Positions 47,396 through 57,800 of a stretch of 64,000 nt of DNA are shown here, piece by piece. Source of the stretch: Setoptus koraiensis (Eukaryota > Animalia > Arthropoda); NCBI GenBank assembly GCA_048013815.1, contig CM106585.1, forward strand, positions 21,080,001-21,144,000, in the 5' to 3' direction. Made by a program: the position numbers and the translations under genes. A model generated the notes under the pieces. It was not told the DNA's origin. It made no database searches and worked only from the letters and a program-made list of their open reading frames with translations. Within the stretch, counting starts at the first letter, position 1. Each line of letters opens with the position of its first letter.

Positions 47396-48889
47396 ATGGC
47401 AACCGAGTCAGCACCAGCGGCAGCAGCCATCAACACCTCAGCAAATTCGGACAAGGATGAACAGGTTCAACGTGCCAAGCTTGCCGAACATGCCGAGCGT
47501 CGCGATAGTATGGCGTCGACCATGAGATTGATTGCAGAGAACATCTCCATGGATTCGGACTTCAAAAAGCTATACGACAAGTACCTTCGTCAAAGAAACG
47601 CCCCTCAGATTGATTGGGACAACATCAAGCCCCCATCAGAAGATGCCGTCATTTCCTATTCTAATCTCAGCAAGCCTCACGCTAATGAGATCAAAGCTAT
47701 GCTCAACAAGCTCGTGGTTGTTAAACTCAATGGAGGTCTCGGTACGAGTATGGGCTGTACCGGCCCCAAGTCCATTATTCAGGTTCGCAGTGACCTTACG
47801 TTTTTAGATCTGACTGTTAAGCAAGTCGAAGAGTTGAACAAAAAATATGATTGCGACATCCCATTAGTTCTGATGAACAGTTTCAACACAGACGTCGAGA
47901 CAAAGAAAATACTGAGAAAATATCAGCATCATCGATGTAAAATCTACACTTTTATGCAGAGCAAATTTCCTCGCATCAACAAGGAAACTTTGATGCCTGA
48001 ACCGGGAGAGTTTTATCCACCAGGTCACGGTGACTTTTACGAATCGTTCTGCCGATCGCATCTATTAAGTGATTTTATCCAAGAGGGACGCGAGTATTGC
48101 TTCGTGTCTAACATTGATAATCTGGGTGCAAATGTTGACTTGAATATACTCAGTAAGTTGCTCAAGGGTGATGGTTCGACATCGCCGTCCTTCGTCATGG
48201 AAGTTACCAACAAAACAATGGCCGATGTCAAAGGTGGTACTCTTATAGAATACGACAACAAACTCAGGTTGTTGGAGATAGCTCAAGTTCCCAAGGAGCA
48301 CATTGAAGAATTTAAGAGTGTGAAAAAATTCAAGATTTTCAATACCAACAATTTATGGATGCGATTGAAGAGCATAGAATATCTGGTCACTAATGATAAA
48401 TTAGACATGGAGATAATAGTCAACCCAAAACATCTCGATTCAGGAGTTGATGTCATTCAACTCGAAACCGCTTCTGGTGCAGCTATGAAAGATTTCGAGC
48501 GGGCTCTCGGTATCAACGTTCCACGAAGTCGTTTCCTACCAGTCAAGAAGACCGACGATTTACTTGTTATAATGTCCAATTTGTACACCCTGGAAAATGG
48601 AGTACTAACTATGAGTCCTTACAGGGCATTTCCAACAGTGCCTCTAGTCAAGCTCGGGGATACCCATTTCTCGAGAGTTAGAGAATTCCTAGCAAGATTT
48701 GCCTCCGTGCCGGATCTTCTCGAATTGAACCACTTGACTGTTTCTGGTGATGTTACCTTCGGAAAGGGTGTCTCGTTGCGAGGAACAGTGATAGTGATTG
48801 CAAACCATGGCGACAGAATCGATATTCCGTCCGGCGCCACTTTAGAGAACAAAATTGTTTCCGGAAACCTACGTATACTAGATCATTAA
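47396..48889 (+). CDS. UGP2: Chimeric UTP--glucose-1-phosphate uridylyltransferase with a 14-3-3-derived N-terminus (aa 1-48), intronless, 497 aa
   Basis: UGPase motifs KLNGGLGTSMGCTGPKS, YPPGHGD, SNIDNLGA, DVKGG, FNTNNLW, QLETA, RFLPVKK and C-terminal ENKIVSGNLRILDH. The first 48 codons match 14-3-3 copy A at 127/144 nt. Confidence 0.95.
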   Translation: MATESAPAAAAINTSANSDKDEQVQRAKLAEHAERRDSMASTMRLIAENISMDSDFKKLYDKYLRQRNAPQIDWDNIKPPSEDAVISYSNLSKPHANEIKAMLNKLVVVKLNGGLGTSMGCTGPKSIIQVRSDLTFLDLTVKQVEELNKKYDCDIPLVLMNSFNTDVETKKILRKYQHHRCKIYTFMQSKFPRINKETLMPEPGEFYPPGHGDFYESFCRSHLLSDFIQEGREYCFVSNIDNLGANVDLNILSKLLKGDGSTSPSFVMEVTNKTMADVKGGTLIEYDNKLRLLEIAQVPKEHIEEFKSVKKFKIFNTNNLWMRLKSIEYLVTNDKLDMEIIVNPKHLDSGVDVIQLETASGAAMKDFERALGINVPRSRFLPVKKTDDLLVIMSNLYTLENGVLTMSPYRAFPTVPLVKLGDTHFSRVREFLARFASVPDLLELNHLTVSGDVTFGKGVSLRGTVIVIANHGDRIDIPSGATLENKIVSGNLRILDH

Positions 48890-48902
48890 CTTTTTGTTAT
48901 AT

Positions 48903-48915
48903 TTTATTGAATAAA
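48903..48915. terminator. Back-to-back polyadenylation signals TTTATT-G-AATAAA between convergent genes
   Basis: AATAAA on + at 48910-48915 and on - at 48908-48903, inside the 65-bp gap between the two stop codons. Confidence 0.6.
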
Positions 48916-48954
48916 AGAGTTTACATATTTAATGATTACGTTAATGATATATGT

Positions 48955-49677
48955 TTAGAGGAGCGGATTGTTTTCACCCTCGAAGTCGACTGGATTGGGA
49001 ATGACTTGCTTGAGACCGTCCTCTGCTCCCAGAACAAGTTTCTTGCGTGTCTTATCTAAGTTTTTGCCTTTGGTTACTGCGCTGCCTGGTTTCGACCGGG
49101 TCTCTCTGAGTGCTCGCTTCGCACGAGAATTCTCCTGCTTGGCAGCTGGCACTTTGATGCTAACACTGATTCTCTTTTTAACAACAGACGACGGAGGTTG
49201 AGTTTTTTTCTTGTTTGGTGTGCCTGTTGCTTCTTGCGGTGCTACATGGCCTGTGCTGGCTATGTAGGAGCACGTCTGACACGTCCAATCTATTGATATT
49301 TCCGAGACGTCCGGTTTGTCTATGGACGAATCTGGAATGGCTGGTGAGTGGCATTTTTGATGATAACCTTGTTCGCACACCTCACAGATAACTATTTGAT
49401 TAGGAGCCTCTGAGATGCCGCCCTCACATACTGTGCAGATGATATGTTCTTGTTGTAGATGCTTCAACGACAATTGTGTATGAATGTCCGCTAAATCGGT
49501 CCACGCCTCTAGGTCGTCCTCGTAGCGAACGAGACATTTTTTCTTCGGCTCGTTTAATTCAATCAGGTGGCACCTGTAGTAGAGACTGTCTGAAGCCCAT
49601 TTGGCGAATACATGTTTCACACCGGACTTTTTGCCTTTTTTGAGGCTCTCCTTGAGCAGTTTCAACGATGCGGGCAT
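48955..49677 (-). CDS. Pcl: Truncated Polycomb-like protein (Tudor + PHD1 only), 240 aa
   Basis: VFAKWASDSLYY...CLVRYEDD..AW (Pcl/MTF2-type Tudor) and CTVCEGGISEAPNQIVICEVCEQGYHQKCH..WTCQTC (Pcl PHD1, including the SEAPN motif). Confidence 0.82.
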   Translation of the reverse strand: MPASLKLLKESLKKGKKSGVKHVFAKWASDSLYYRCHLIELNEPKKKCLVRYEDDLEAWTDLADIHTQLSLKHLQQEHIICTVCEGGISEAPNQIVICEVCEQGYHQKCHSPAIPDSSIDKPDVSEISIDWTCQTCSYIASTGHVAPQEATGTPNKKKTQPPSSVVKKRISVSIKVPAAKQENSRAKRALRETRSKPGSAVTKGKNLDKTRKKLVLGAEDGLKQVIPNPVDFEGENNPLL

Positions 49678-50301
49678 GTTGTCTATTATTGTTATTATTA
49701 TTATTTACTATTATTATTGCTATTATTATTCAACGATTTATATTGTATCATTTATTTGAGCAATCTGCTTATGCTAACATTTCGCAACTGCACAACGCAA
49801 CTGTGTGTCACACAAAGTTTTGAGCGAAAATGGCGCCCGGTCGCGCGAAAGCACCATGCCTGTTGCTAACCGGTGCGGGCAAAGACAAACTGCCGAACGG
49901 TATTGTGGTAATGCACGCGATTTGCAGCAAGATAGAGGGGGAAAGAAATGTATCGACGAACAAAAAGCGAAAAAGTTCGCCCCGGTCTATAGATAGCGCT
50001 TGACTCGTTTTTTTGTTTCAATTTAGTTCGATCCAATCATTAGGTGGAGCGCAGGCGCCAAATTTATATTCCACTGGGAATTTAAATCAGGGGGCGCGAA
50101 ATCAGTTTTTATTTTGTTGTTGGTGGTGGTGGTTCTCTTTGTTTTTTTTTTTGGTGACTTTCTGAACATTTTTTGATGTTTTTTTGACATGTTTTTTAGC
50201 TATAGATCTCTTTAGAATTTTATTTTACATTGATAGCATTTCTCTGCGTGTTGATGTTAAATCTAAGACTATTTATGAAGAATGCTAATAGATATTCGGA
50301 A

Positions 50302-53013
50302 CTAATGGAAATTTTTCTGTACTTTGCGATCAATAGAATACCCATTAGCGCGGGCAAACATTTTAGTCTTACGGCCCACACGTCTATTGCCAGTATCAGA
50401 AGCTAATCGCTTGTTTTGCTTAGTCATGTGAGATTTAGCCAATTTACGCTGGACAATCAAGCTATGCTCATTCGGGAAACGCTGAGAGCCATTATCCACA
50501 TTCTCTGCAAATTTTCTCATCTCCTCTGCAATACCGCGTACATGTTGAACATTTGGTAATGATGTTGTCAGATTTGTAATGTTAGCCACAATTGATGAAC
50601 CAATGCGGTTGATGATGCCCGCAGAGCTTGACGATATCAATGATGGAACTGAACAATCGCTATAATCAGAAGCTGAGGAACAAGGGCTGTTCTTGCCAGA
50701 GCTAGGTGAACAACTATTGCTTACCGTTTTCTGACCACCAACTTGAGAGCGACGTTGAGGACGTTTCTTCTTCTTTTGCCAATAAGGAAGATGATCGTCT
50801 ATCAATTGAACAGCAGGTAAAACACGAACAGCTGCTCTATTTGCAATATTATTATTCTCCTTCGACTCTTCATCTTTTACAAGCTTAGAATCTTTCGTTT
50901 GGCTATCTTTAGTCGATGCGATTGAAGCGTCATCATATGGTTTCCTATCAAGATCGGTGGTCATAGGTTTGTACAAATCCATATCCTCTAAGTTGTCTTC
51001 ATTGTCGCTCGAAAAAGGCGAGGGCGAAGAGCTAGCGGATGATAGAGGACGAGCTGAAAGTAGAGTCACCGATGTATGAATTGACGACTGCCCATTCATA
51101 GCAGTCTCGTGTCGAGTTGTTTTTGCATTTTCATGAGAGAATATACCCACATCAGGATTTGATATGTCCTTCGGTAACGTCTTGTTGCCTTTTCCTTTAG
51201 CACTAGTAACAACTTTCTGCATAGTTTTTGTCATGTCCACCGATTTGGCGTCTTTGGATTTACACACATTCTTCTCGCTTACAGCATCGACAGTATTTGA
51301 TATTTGGTTGGTCTTCACTTCAGGTACTTTCTGGTTCGACATCGGCTTTTGATTCTGTTTATTTGCACGCTGAATATACATCGAGGGGTGCTCTATTAGC
51401 AAGTTCTCTAATTCAGTTGATGAACTAGAACGGTGATTTAAATCAGTGCTTTCAGGCGATAGATTTTTTTCATCTACAATCTTGCTCAAACCAGATCTAA
51501 ATGATTTTTGATAGTTCAGATTGCTGTCTCCAGCATCAGAAGTACGAACCAATTCCGCGTGTTTTTGCACATTCTTACGTAACACTTTTTTTGGCGATTT
51601 GCAACCATCAAAACATGATGGCGGAGTTACAAACCATGATTCGTCCATCTCTGCAGCGTCACTAGAATCGTTTCCACTACTATTGTTTGTCGTTGGAGGT
51701 GGCGGAGGTGGTGGAGGTCCCATACATTGTTGAGCTTTAATTACCTGGATAATCTTTGATTTATTAATATTATTCTTCGTCTTACCCGAACAGGGCTCTT
51801 GAACAGTATCCAATGTTGATTTCTTCTTTTTGCTTTTAGCGAATCGCGTGTTTTTACCAGAACTTTTTCCACTTGACTTGATCAAATTTTGCTTCTGAAT
51901 AACATGTTCTTGAAGCCCATTCTTTGAAGAACCATCCGAAGAAGCTAGTTTTTCACCAACCGACAGAGATTTGCTCATTGCGTAATCACGCCTATGCTTG
52001 TTCGATTGTTTCGGTTTCGATTCTTTCATGAGCTGATCGTGATTGTATCCGTGATCATAGTCACAATCGCTGAAGTCGCTCGAAGCTATACTTTCATCAT
52101 CAGAATCAACAATGATAGGATCATTGAAGTCACTTTGTGACGACCAACTCGACGTAGACATAGGTCTTTGGCGCTTCAGACCAGCCCCTGTAGGGTTTTT
52201 TCCTGTTGCAAGGATAGTTGACGATAATTCATTCGATTTCATCATTGGTGCCACAACGCATGACGACTGTTTCAATGATGTTCCACAAGCCACAATTGGA
52301 GAGCTATTTTTCGCAGCAACTGCTGCAAACGATATTGTGGGACGTACGTAAACTGGAATGCCATTTGACTTCACTATTTGCTTTGAGTCGGAGTATTCCA
52401 CGACATCGGTTGAAAATTTACTCGGAGTAGGCTTAGTAACAGTAGTAGTAGTAGTAGTGTTGGTAGTTGTAGTAGTAGTAGTAGGACTAGATAGTCTACC
52501 AACCTCCTTATTATTCTGTGACTGGCCTCGGCCCTTTGTGTTCTTTACCGTGTCAGTAACAATCAATGTTTCATTATTGTTAACTTGTTGAGCTACCACT
52601 ACTAAATCAGAATCCACAACATTTTTCTCCATTTCAAAATTTGCGTTCGCCTCAGAATTGCCACCATCATTAGTTACTTTTGTTGATGGTTCTAAATGTC
52701 TTTCCTGTTTGTGTTCCTGGGACTTCTCCTCAGAAGCAATTTTCTTTTGACATGACGAATCTTCTTCATCAAAATCAATGAGTTCCCAAGCGTCCTCAGC
52801 GGAATTGGTTGAATCTTGCAATTTATGAAGTGAGTCATTTTGGCCATCATTTGCAATAGATTGGCTCTCTCTTAGTAAGCGTTCCTCTTCTTCCTTCTGC
52901 TGATCCTCCAAACTTGGCAGTAAATGAGCTGCTTTGATTTTAGGCTGCACGGTACTCAAACCAGAATCTTCTTCGTACGCACCGAAGATAAGCGATCGTA
53001 TTCCACTGAACAT
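50302..53013 (-). CDS. DOR: TP53INP/DOR-family autophagy and nuclear cofactor, 903 aa from ATG 53013, single coding exon
   Basis: MFSGIRSLIFG start, LIR-like EDAWELID, and family motifs MDESWFVTPPSCF and ELENLLIEHPSMY. An acceptor-like CTTGTTTCAG lies just upstream, suggesting a 5' UTR intron. The track start at 53031 is TTG. Confidence 0.85.
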   Translation of the reverse strand: MFSGIRSLIFGAYEEDSGLSTVQPKIKAAHLLPSLEDQQKEEEERLLRESQSIANDGQNDSLHKLQDSTNSAEDAWELIDFDEEDSSCQKKIASEEKSQEHKQERHLEPSTKVTNDGGNSEANANFEMEKNVVDSDLVVVAQQVNNNETLIVTDTVKNTKGRGQSQNNKEVGRLSSPTTTTTTTNTTTTTTVTKPTPSKFSTDVVEYSDSKQIVKSNGIPVYVRPTISFAAVAAKNSSPIVACGTSLKQSSCVVAPMMKSNELSSTILATGKNPTGAGLKRQRPMSTSSWSSQSDFNDPIIVDSDDESIASSDFSDCDYDHGYNHDQLMKESKPKQSNKHRRDYAMSKSLSVGEKLASSDGSSKNGLQEHVIQKQNLIKSSGKSSGKNTRFAKSKKKKSTLDTVQEPCSGKTKNNINKSKIIQVIKAQQCMGPPPPPPPPTTNNSSGNDSSDAAEMDESWFVTPPSCFDGCKSPKKVLRKNVQKHAELVRTSDAGDSNLNYQKSFRSGLSKIVDEKNLSPESTDLNHRSSSSTELENLLIEHPSMYIQRANKQNQKPMSNQKVPEVKTNQISNTVDAVSEKNVCKSKDAKSVDMTKTMQKVVTSAKGKGNKTLPKDISNPDVGIFSHENAKTTRHETAMNGQSSIHTSVTLLSARPLSSASSSPSPFSSDNEDNLEDMDLYKPMTTDLDRKPYDDASIASTKDSQTKDSKLVKDEESKENNNIANRAAVRVLPAVQLIDDHLPYWQKKKKRPQRRSQVGGQKTVSNSCSPSSGKNSPCSSASDYSDCSVPSLISSSSAGIINRIGSSIVANITNLTTSLPNVQHVRGIAEEMRKFAENVDNGSQRFPNEHSLIVQRKLAKSHMTKQNKRLASDTGNRRVGRKTKMFARANGYSIDRKVQKNFH

Positions 53014-53399
53014 GTTGATGACTATGCTCAATTATCTGAAACAAGGTTTAGCAGTATTATAAGATTTGATTGAATCTATTATAATATTATCCTCAATAGA
53101 TGATTGTTGTCATCAGAGTTGTTATTAGTATCGTTCCTGAAATTAAGTTGAGATGATTCGGCGATCAAGTGGCACAAAGTTTGACTAAAAAGAAGTTTGT
53201 TGAGTTTGTCAGAATCTGATTCTGTGTACCATGTGAAGTTGACACATATTCTGAAAACGTGGATCCAGAGATAAGATTTAGTGATTGCTGATCAAGAATA
53301 AATTAAATTAACGATGAATGGTCCGATTGGATCCCGGATATGGATCAGCCGCGTAAGCGCAATTATGTCGCGATGTTCATAATTGTTCGATTTGAAGAA

Positions 53400-54342
53400 T
53401 TTAAATTCCTCGTTTTGAAAATTTGCATGGTAGATCTAATGAGAGATCCAAGTGATTGTGTGTATGTGTATTACTACTAATTTGATATTTTTTGTTTATT
53501 TATAGACCTAATATGTGTACTTGTTGTAGTGTGTACCAAACACTGAACTGTGATAACCACTTCTATTTTAGGGACTTGCGTGTAGTAGTGTCCAATATCA
53601 AGTTGTCAATAGTTTTTAGTTAGTTGATTGATTGGTAGTACTAGTAGTAGTAGTAGTGTCGGTTGTGGTTGTAGTGGTGGTGGCAGTGACGGTGGTACCA
53701 GCTTTGCTTATTTGCAGTATCAAAAATAGTTGAACTACTATATACTATTTACACTATTTAATAATTTGTTGTTGCAGTAATTGTGTACATGAGCTCCTAA
53801 AATCATCACTTTTGGCTATTGGCTGTCCAATGTTTCGACGTAATTACAATGTTGAAAGGACTGGTCGGTCGAAAATGGTTGTGTCGTATTAATGGTCGTT
53901 GTTGTTGTTATAGTTGAGAGTGTTGATGCCAATTAATAATACAATTTACAGTAATATCAACATGATGGTTATATACATCGATAATAGGGTTGATGGAATG
54001 ATGATGATGATGACGAAATTCCAGCCAAATGTGTGTTTGTGTGCGTGTAATCAATAGCAAAATTGGATATTGTCGTTTTGGATGATGAAATTGTGATTAG
54101 ATTGGAACTAAGAGTGAGAATATCTATTTTATAATAATGTTGTTAAATAACAACAGTAGCTAACAGTTGGAGTAAATAGGTATTAGCATTGGCAACGAGA
54201 TGATGATAATATCTATGTTTATATATCTATATATATATGTCTATATATATAAATTTATATATGTATATGTGTGGTGATAATGGTTATTTGTACAATTTAC
54301 ATAAATTGGTTGCATTCATTGAGTTACGTGAGTGTATATATA

Positions 54343-54373
<31 letters not shown>

Positions 54374-54842
54374 TATATAATGATAATGATATAGTTATAT
54401 ATTTATTCTATAGTGTATAAATATGTTTATATTTATACCACTGTCTATCTATATAACCAATGTAGGCAACAGGGTTAGCCAACACTGTTGAAAGACTTTG
54501 AGGAAAGGATTCCTCGGTCGCTGGCTATACGCAAGATTTTTGTTTTTGTTTAGCTCTACGTTCCAGCTCTACGTTGTGTGTTGTTTCCAATGTGCGTCTC
54601 ACTTTTATGTGCCTCTTCAGCGCCATTCCTCTTGCCTTACGTGTCTGTGCCTGTGTGTGTCTAGCTGTGCGTCTCTCTATCTGTGCCCATCGAACTATGT
54701 GTGTATTCGAATTACTTACAACTATACATATGGGTGCAATCTTGGCAATATTATCATTACAACTACTACTATATTACCACTGTTATTTCTTGCAGTTGAA
54801 CAACGTCAACAAACACACAAGCACACACAAACACACACACAA

Positions 54843-54881
<39 letters not shown>

Positions 54882-57800
54882 CAGGGCTATAATAATTGTT
54901 ATTACCATTATTATATAACAACAACAAGTATTTTGGAGAGATCACAACAACAACAACAGCAGCAACAACAGCAGCAGCAGCTACGCACATACACTTCCGA
55001 ACTGTAATAGTACTGGCAATATGTTAGGTAGTAGAGATTAGTTAGTTCGCTAGTTATCAGTAACGACAACAACAAAATATCAGAGCATAGTTAAACTTAT
55101 CCCTTATCACTTGTTGTGCGCCGTCGATGTGTTAGGGCTGCTGCTGCGGCTGCGATCGTGTTCTAATCAAACCAATAGTGGTTATTTGGGGCTTGTCTCT
55201 GCTGCTCTACCGTCGCCACAACCACCACCACCGCCGCCACCACCACCACCATACTATAGACTATATACTGTAGAGTCTATGGTAAAGAGTAGTCAAGGCG
55301 ATGTAGAGGATAGTGGTAGAGGTTTCGCGACGACTAGTTAGCAGCAATAGGACAGCTGCTCACTGCATGATCTTGCCATCTGACTGAAGCACAAGTCAAT
55401 TGATACAACAGCGATGGCGACAGAGTCGCACACACTAACAAACAACCACTACCATTACTTCGAATCCAACAACCAAACTACTACCAAAAAGTTCACACTC
55501 ACATAACTAAAGACAAAAACTAACTCTAAACACTGGTATTAGATATGATCTAATCTGGCGACGGCGGCGATAGTGGTGCTGGTATTGGCTAGGCGATGGA
55601 AAGTACCTCAGAGAGTTGAAAATGGTTGCACAACAACCGCCAACATGTAATATTTATCGCAACTCAAACTACAAGTTATCGCCTATGCTATTATCATAAT
55701 CTAGAAGTGGACAGACACAGTACATGGAGAGCTAGTCGTGTTGTGCTTTCATTGTCGAATGTTTGATTAAATGACGCAACAATGCAAAAGAAAAATGTTA
55801 TGTTATGCTCTTGCCTAGACTGTTGGTGTTGGTGTTGGTGGCAGCAGCAGTCACTACTAGTACCAGCACTACCACAATCATGGCTGGAAAATATTTGCAA
55901 ACTGTGCATGCCCATGTATACTATGATGTATAATGCTAATGTTTGCTTAATAAACTTTATGTCAGACAACTAGCTAGCTGATATAAAGTTTGCCATGGCA
56001 GCTCGAACCAAAGTTACAAATATATATATATATAAATATATATATATAAGCAGTTGTCTACTGCCACTGCCGCAACTACCTCTAATAATAATAGTAATAA
56101 TACTATCGCCGTGTAATACGCAATATAATGATTAGTTTAGCAACGGTTTGATACCTCTTGTGGCAACAGCTGTTGCCACTACAACTGCCTACTACTACGT
56201 ACTTGACGATGATGTTTTGCATTCTAGAGAAGAAAACCTCCTTTCGTCGTCTTTATTTATTTATAGAAATTGTGCTACAGCGGCGGCAACAGGCTAATGC
56301 CAGGCTAGATTTAAGATGAGATCAGCAAAAACTAATGAAACAACAACTAGATTTTTCACAAAAATAATAATGGCAAAAACGAGCTTGCCATTTTGGCTAT
56401 GGCTCAAATGACAGCTACATCAACGGCTACGGCAATGCACATTGAGTCTACACGTAAACTCGTACCGCTACAACAATAATAATAATAATTTCAATTTTGT
56501 GAGAGTGTGCACTACTACTATGTATTATTCGTTCACTACTGCCAATGGCTTCCAAGTTGTTGTTGTTGTTGTTGTTGTTGGTGCTGTTGTTGTTGCTTGT
56601 TTGGCAAGGCTCAATTGTGTGATTATGATAGCACCACAAGAGCTGCAACAACAAGCAAACTCAACAATGATATCGCTTCTTCTCTTGCCTGGCATCTAGA
56701 GAGGCCAATCCCTCTCTTGCGCTAATCGTGAAAATAATTTCAATACTGGAATGGCAACACACAGCAACAATAATGATAATAACTAATATCAAATTGAACG
56801 AGCCTTCTCCAACAATAACTCTCTCACTCTGGCAAGCTAGCAATTGCAACTACAACTGCAAGCTTCAGCCTGCAGCCCATAGCCTAGCCAACCAGCCAAA
56901 ATAGTGGATTATGCGTGGCGTCTACCCAGTTACCACGATTTAAAGATTTGTTGTTGTTCATCAGCTGACTGAGTCGACTGAGGGACGGTCGCCATCAACG
57001 GAGGCAGCAGGCATCTTGGAGGAGCTGTTTTCTTTATTTTATTATCCATCCGACTGTAGCTTCAGTGTAGCTTTAATTATTTCATCATCAACACTAGCAC
57101 GCACAGACGGCACAGGCGCAGAAGAAAGAACCTTGGATTGTCTTTAGAATGGATTGCATATATTGAGGATTTGCATAATCAAGATAATACCTTATTAGAT
57201 TGCTGGCGCTTTTCCATCAAGTTTGCCACACCATAATCACTGGCATATAATATACAATATATGATATATATACATATATACAAACACTCGATTGCTTACG
57301 TTAGACAGACAGAAACACAATCGCACGTATGTAGTGCACGTTAGTCTCGTGACTGTCGCTCGCCAAGCGACTTTGCAAAGGACATATGGCTCCCTCGAGC
57401 GAGAGGCGTCGCGAACAAGCTCGCTAATGGTTGATTGTTGCTACGGCTTGTTGTACAATGAGCTCCGGATGCCAAGATACAAGTGTAAAGTAACTGGGCC
57501 TAAGCTGACGATAATCTAGTGTGTGTTTGATTTGATTTGATTATCACGCGCCCATCCAGTGTTAATCAACACAAACACAAACACAGTCAAACGAACACTA
57601 TACTACGAGTACAGTACACAGTGCATACAAACGGATAAAACAAGAGTCAGCTGAAAGGCAACAACGACAAATGAGCGTCACTGCTATGCGACTTTCATGC
57701 CTTCTTGCCCGCTCGAGCCAGCAGTATTGTAAATATTGTTGGGATGCATGAAGAGTCTTCATTTTGCTCATTTGTTCGTTTGTTATTGAGGAGCGCAAAT

